A stretch of 10,515 nt of DNA from Cyanobacteria bacterium P01_A01_bin.123. Its GTDB lineage: Bacteria; Cyanobacteriota; Cyanobacteriia; Phormidesmidales; Phormidesmidaceae. Position 1 is the first letter of the stretch; the number at the start of each line of letters is the position of its first letter. Position numbers and translations under genes: made by a program. Below, in pieces: positions 7,326 to 10,515 of this stretch. The stretch lies in assembly GCA_039815185.1 (NCBI GenBank), contig JBCBZT010000107.1, positions 1-10,515 of the forward strand, read 5' to 3'. Below the pieces are notes generated by a model. It was given only the letters and a program-made list of their open reading frames with translations. It made no database searches and was not told where the DNA came from.

Positions 7326-7328
7326 GAT

Positions 7329-9536
7329 ATGAAACTATACCTGTTGGCAATTCCTGCGATCGCACTTAGCTTCGGCTCTAGTGCACTGGCCAAAACTCTT
7401 CCACGGAGAAGTGCACAACCTATACCTTCTGACCATGTTGCGCAAATACTATTGCCAGATAATGCGCCTGAGCTTTTGAAGGTTCAGGCAGAAGAGGCTC
7501 TAGACAATAACCAAATAGCGGATAACCAGCCGCTTCGGATTATCGTTACAAGTGAACGGATTGAAGAAAACATCCAGGATATCCCAGGTAGTGTGACTGC
7601 CATTACATCACAAGAATTTGAGGATTCCGGCATTCGCTCTCCCCAGGAAGTATCACGCCTGGTCCCAAATTTTTCCACGTTTGCTAATGGTCCCCGCTCT
7701 AATAATCCGATCTACAACATTCGGGGGTTAGCCAACGATCTAAACGTGGTTGGTGTGGGTCAGTCTTCGGTGGGCATTTATATCGATGATGTACCTGTGG
7801 ATATCCTGACATCGGAGACAGCCCTATACGATATTGAACGCGTTGAAGTGCTTCGAGGTCCCCAGGGCACATTGTACGGGCGTAACTCCCAAGGGGGCGT
7901 TGTTAACATTATCACCAAGGCACCGGATGACGTGTTTCGATTTAGTGGCTTGGCCACGGTAGGTACAGAGAACCTACTTGAAGCTCAACTATCTGCCAGT
8001 GGACCGATCAGTGATGACCTGTTCTTCTCCTTAGGTGGTTCGTATTTTGAATCCGATGGATTTATAGAGAATGTCTTTTTAGATGAAGATGCCGACAGGC
8101 GGGAAAATTATGGGGTTCGTGGACAACTTCGCTGGGTTCCTTCCGATCGGTGGGAGGTGCGTCTGGGGGCAGACTATGAGGAATTTGATGACGGCAGCAC
8201 CTTTGGCACCTTGATCGGTGCTGATGACCCTAGAGAAGTGCAAGAAGATTTTCTGGGATTCAATCAAGTAGAAAGAAATTCTCAGTTTATTAGGGCTCGC
8301 TATACTGGACCAGATGTTATCATCACCTCCATCTCAGGCAGACGACAGTGGCAACAGGAGAACTCTACTGACTCAGATTTTAGTGCTTTAGATGTCACGG
8401 TTGGAGGTGCTGCTCTTGAAGCAACGCAGTATACTCAGGAATTACGCCTCCAATCAACGACTGACAATGGTCGCTGGCGTTGGCTATTGGGTGGTTTTTT
8501 TGAGAATGAGAGTTCTGATCTATCGGGTGGTGTAGAATTTGGAGCTTTAGGAGCCAACCCGGCATTTGGGTTATTTAGCGGCAGTGTCCTCAACAATTTT
8601 GGTGAATTTGAAGATACTACCTATGCCGGGTTTGCCCAAAGCAGTTACGATCTGACCGATAAGCTGGGGGTAACGGCAGGTCTTCGATTTGAGCACCGTG
8701 ATTTTAGTATGGACCGGCGCTCCACGGTGAGTTTCAACAACGTTGTCACTTCCTTGGTCCCAGATTATTCAGTTGATGCCAGCGAAAGTATATGGCTGCC
8801 AAAGGTTGCAGTTGAATATCGTTTTCAACCGAATATACTCACCTACGCCAGTGTTAGTCGTGGTTACAAACCGGGAGGATTCAATATCATTTCCGATCTG
8901 CCCACAGCAGCAGAATTTGATTCTGAAACAAGCTTGGCCTATGAGGTGGGTGTAAAAACGTCCTGGTTAGATGATCGGTTGTTGGCAAATCTCTCGTTGT
9001 TTAAAACTGACCTTGAAGATTATCAAGTTGTTGGATTTGATTTGCCCAATTTAGTAACAACTGTACTAAATGCAGCCAGTGCCGATATTTGGGGAATTGA
9101 GCTGGATCTAAGGGCAAAGCCTACCGATCGCATCGATATAATTGCTAGTTTTGGTTATTTAAACACCGAATTTAAAGAATTCACGGACGCGATTACGGGG
9201 CGAGATTTGTCGGGAAATCAACTGCCCAACTCGCCCGAGTATACCTATGGGCTAGCAGCCCAGTACCGAGACCCTGGAGGATTCTTTGGGCGGCTTGAGT
9301 TAAGTGGATTTGGCACTTACTTTTTTGATCAAACCAATGATGTGAAACAAAATCCCTTTGCCCTGGTTAATGTCCGTATAGGCTATGAGTTTGATGAGTT
9401 TGGTGTTTATTTGTATGCCAACAATTTGTTTGACCAAGACTACTTTACGACGGCATTAAATACCGGGACTGGACAGTTTGCAGGATATCCCGGTGACGGC
9501 CAGGTGTTTGGTCTGCAGGTCAGGGGCCAGTTCTAA
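7329..9536 (+). CDS. TonB-dependent receptor, FyuA/pesticin-receptor-like (TBDT2)
   Basis: ATG 7329 is preferred over TTG 7275 because it gives the signal peptide MKLYLLAIPAIALSFGSSALA. TonB-box-like LRIIVTS, plug motif IERVEVLRGPQGTLYGRNSQGGVVNIIT, barrel motif YASVSRGYKPGGFN and a C-terminal Phe. Confidence 0.92.
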   Translation: MKLYLLAIPAIALSFGSSALAKTLPRRSAQPIPSDHVAQILLPDNAPELLKVQAEEALDNNQIADNQPLRIIVTSERIEENIQDIPGSVTAITSQEFEDSGIRSPQEVSRLVPNFSTFANGPRSNNPIYNIRGLANDLNVVGVGQSSVGIYIDDVPVDILTSETALYDIERVEVLRGPQGTLYGRNSQGGVVNIITKAPDDVFRFSGLATVGTENLLEAQLSASGPISDDLFFSLGGSYFESDGFIENVFLDEDADRRENYGVRGQLRWVPSDRWEVRLGADYEEFDDGSTFGTLIGADDPREVQEDFLGFNQVERNSQFIRARYTGPDVIITSISGRRQWQQENSTDSDFSALDVTVGGAALEATQYTQELRLQSTTDNGRWRWLLGGFFENESSDLSGGVEFGALGANPAFGLFSGSVLNNFGEFEDTTYAGFAQSSYDLTDKLGVTAGLRFEHRDFSMDRRSTVSFNNVVTSLVPDYSVDASESIWLPKVAVEYRFQPNILTYASVSRGYKPGGFNIISDLPTAAEFDSETSLAYEVGVKTSWLDDRLLANLSLFKTDLEDYQVVGFDLPNLVTTVLNAASADIWGIELDLRAKPTDRIDIIASFGYLNTEFKEFTDAITGRDLSGNQLPNSPEYTYGLAAQYRDPGGFFGRLELSGFGTYFFDQTNDVKQNPFALVNVRIGYEFDEFGVYLYANNLFDQDYFTTALNTGTGQFAGYPGDGQVFGLQVRGQF

Positions 9537-9567
9537 ATAGTATAAATCCGTTCAAAAAGGTTGTCTT

Positions 9568-10026
9568 ATGGCGCTTTCAATTATTATCGGTGGTGCACTC
9601 ACGTCCTTTATATTCTGTCTTATTGTCCTGGCATCCTGGCGACTTACGCCGGAAGTCTGGCTTTCAGACCTAACCGAAGGCAAGATAAAATCTCCCCAAA
9701 CCTGGCCAACCTATACGGTCTTTGCGGTCATTTTGTTTACCATACTGGCAGGGACCGCTATCACAGCTGAGTGGGTTGCATTGGTTTATGATGCCAGTTT
9801 CTACGAACGGCTAGTAGTGGCCTGGCTGATCATTGCCATCCTTAATGTGGTGGATATTGTTGTCATCGACCTTTTGATTTACATCTGGATCTATCCCTCG
9901 TGGATGAGAGTTGAAGGTATTGAACCGCTGCATCAACCCTGGGCTCATATTAAAGCAGGATTGGTTGGTTTAGCGCTTGGTGTGCCTATGGCTGCGATCG
10001 CAGCTGGACTTACAGTTCTTATCTAA
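9568..10026 (+). CDS. Hypothetical integral membrane protein, about 4 TM helices
   Basis: 152 aa with four hydrophobic stretches. It is co-oriented with TBDT2, starts 31 nt after its stop and fills the gap to the next promoter. Confidence 0.8.
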   Translation: MALSIIIGGALTSFIFCLIVLASWRLTPEVWLSDLTEGKIKSPQTWPTYTVFAVILFTILAGTAITAEWVALVYDASFYERLVVAWLIIAILNVVDIVVIDLLIYIWIYPSWMRVEGIEPLHQPWAHIKAGLVGLALGVPMAAIAAGLTVLI

Positions 10027-10046
10027 TCCTCTTTTCGTGAAACTAG

Positions 10047-10080
10047 CTATGGCATAATAATGCAAATTATTATCATTAAG
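10047..10080 (+). promoter_or_regulatory. Extended -10 plus Fur box upstream of AraC3
   Basis: CTATGGCATAATAATGCAAATTATTATCATTAAG. The core AATGCAAAT-T-ATTATCATT (10059-10077) has two mismatches to the 9-1-9 Fur palindrome, and the whole element is a near-duplicate of 6010-6043. Confidence 0.85.
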
Positions 10081-10118
10081 TCAACTGCTATTTTTTGCAC
10101 TTGGCCGCTGCTGACACC

Positions 10119-10515
10119 ATGGCGATCCGGTTCTTTAATCAAAAATCTGACTATCTTCACTGCGGTAGCCCCGAGGATCCCAGGCTATTTCATGCCGATT
10201 CGTCTGACCAGATTCAGATCTGGTCACCCCAGGTGGGCCAGGGTTACACACAGACGATTCCTTTACGGGAAGGACTGTGTCTTGTCGTTATGGATTATTC
10301 AATCCATAGCACCTTCATATACAAGAACCCACGACGCAGCCCATTTTTGGAGTTTGAATTTCAGATAGAAGGGCCAGCGGCAGGCCAGAGTATGTTTATG
10401 CCGCACTTGGTTCAGTCGCAGAATAGCTTTGGCATTCGCTCAGCGCAACCGCGTCAGCTGAAGGTGGAGGTGCTTTTTAGTGCTCCCATGTTTGAGACTT
10501 GCGCCCATACCGTGG
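10119..10515 (+). CDS. AraC-family transcriptional regulator, PchR-like (AraC3); partial, N-terminal domain only in window
   Basis: Not in the ORF track. ATG 10119 gives MAIRFFNQKSDYLHCGSPEDPRLFHADSSDQIQIWSPQVGQGYTQTIPLREGLCLVVMDYSIH...LEFEFQIEG..., open to the edge and clearly homologous to AraC2 (MAIRFSKQMSD...RLFHVDTSDQVQVWAPQVGQGYIQEIPLREDL). Confidence 0.88.
   Translation, partial: MAIRFFNQKSDYLHCGSPEDPRLFHADSSDQIQIWSPQVGQGYTQTIPLREGLCLVVMDYSIHSTFIYKNPRRSPFLEFEFQIEGPAAGQSMFMPHLVQSQNSFGIRSAQPRQLKVEVLFSAPMFETCAHTV

Larger units (their letters stand above)
160..10001. repeat. HIP1 octamers (GCGATCGC), dispersed
   Basis: Perfect copies found by eye at 160, 3340, 5130, 5289, 7356 and 9994, far more than chance would give in 10.5 kb. 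HIP1 is a hallmark of many cyanobacterial genomes. Confidence 0.85.

Noticed and set aside
7275..7328. N-terminal extension of TBDT2 from TTG 7275 as given in the ORF track
   Set aside because: It falls within the conserved promoter/leader hairpin, and ATG 7329 gives a canonical signal peptide.
1408..8955. Short antisense or out-of-frame ORFs (1408, 2155, 2452, 3783, 3973, 4875, 5984, 6010, 6537, 7484, 8079, 8743)
   Set aside because: All overlap well-supported longer genes and show no domain motifs or independent expression signals.
1291..9536. Assigning specific gene names or substrates (pchR, fhuA, fyuA; pyochelin, yersiniabactin)
   Set aside because: Only subfamily-level resemblance is visible, so orthology and ligand cannot be determined from motifs by eye.
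9561..9770. 69-aa ORF overlapping the membrane-protein gene
   Set aside because: It is an alternate frame with a TTG start. The 152-aa ATG frame has coherent TM topology and fills the gap.
160..10002. All six HIP1 sites are followed by A on the + strand
   Set aside because: The sample is small, and codon context or general HIP1 flanking bias could explain it.
6010..10080. 34-bp direct repeats as att sites, transposon ends or CRISPR repeats
   Set aside because: There are only two copies, 4 kb apart, with no integrase, transposase or cas gene. They are fully explained as promoter plus Fur box.
10060..10368. 102-aa ORF (MQIIIIK...) and its apparent homolog within 5954..6289 (MKIIIIK... from 6023), suggesting a conserved overlapping leader peptide
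   Set aside because: Both ATGs lie inside the Fur palindrome, probably upstream of the predicted TSS. The similarity is explained as an alternate-frame shadow of the duplicated promoter and AraC N-terminus, and the equivalent ATG before AraC1 is in a different relative frame. Ribo-seq could overturn this.

Overview
This window is part of a cyanobacterial iron-acquisition island: I counted six perfect HIP1 octamers (GCGATCGC) by eye, and the regulator and receptor types fit. On the minus strand at the left edge is a fetAB/ybbLM-like ABC pair (ATPase plus a UPF0014 permease cut off by the window start). Diverging from it is a repeated module of Fur-box promoter, PchR-like AraC regulator, conserved receptor promoter/leader, TonB-dependent transporter (TBDT) and a partner gene. 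Module 1 has an FhuA-like TBDT and a lipoprotein siderophore-binding protein. Module 2 has a FyuA-like TBDT and an uncharacterised ~4-TM membrane protein. Module 3 begins with a third AraC gene that the ORF track missed and that runs off the right edge. The protein families are mostly familiar. The most informative signals are non-coding. A 34-bp promoter/Fur element is 32/34 identical before AraC2 and AraC3. Both TBDTs have the same multi-block promoter, with spacing that differs by exactly 10 bp, and a shared 5' leader hairpin. TBDT1 has no in-frame ATG at all. No siderophore biosynthesis, FhuB/FecCD permease, RNA gene, CRISPR array or transposase was seen. All family calls come from motif recognition by eye, not database searches.
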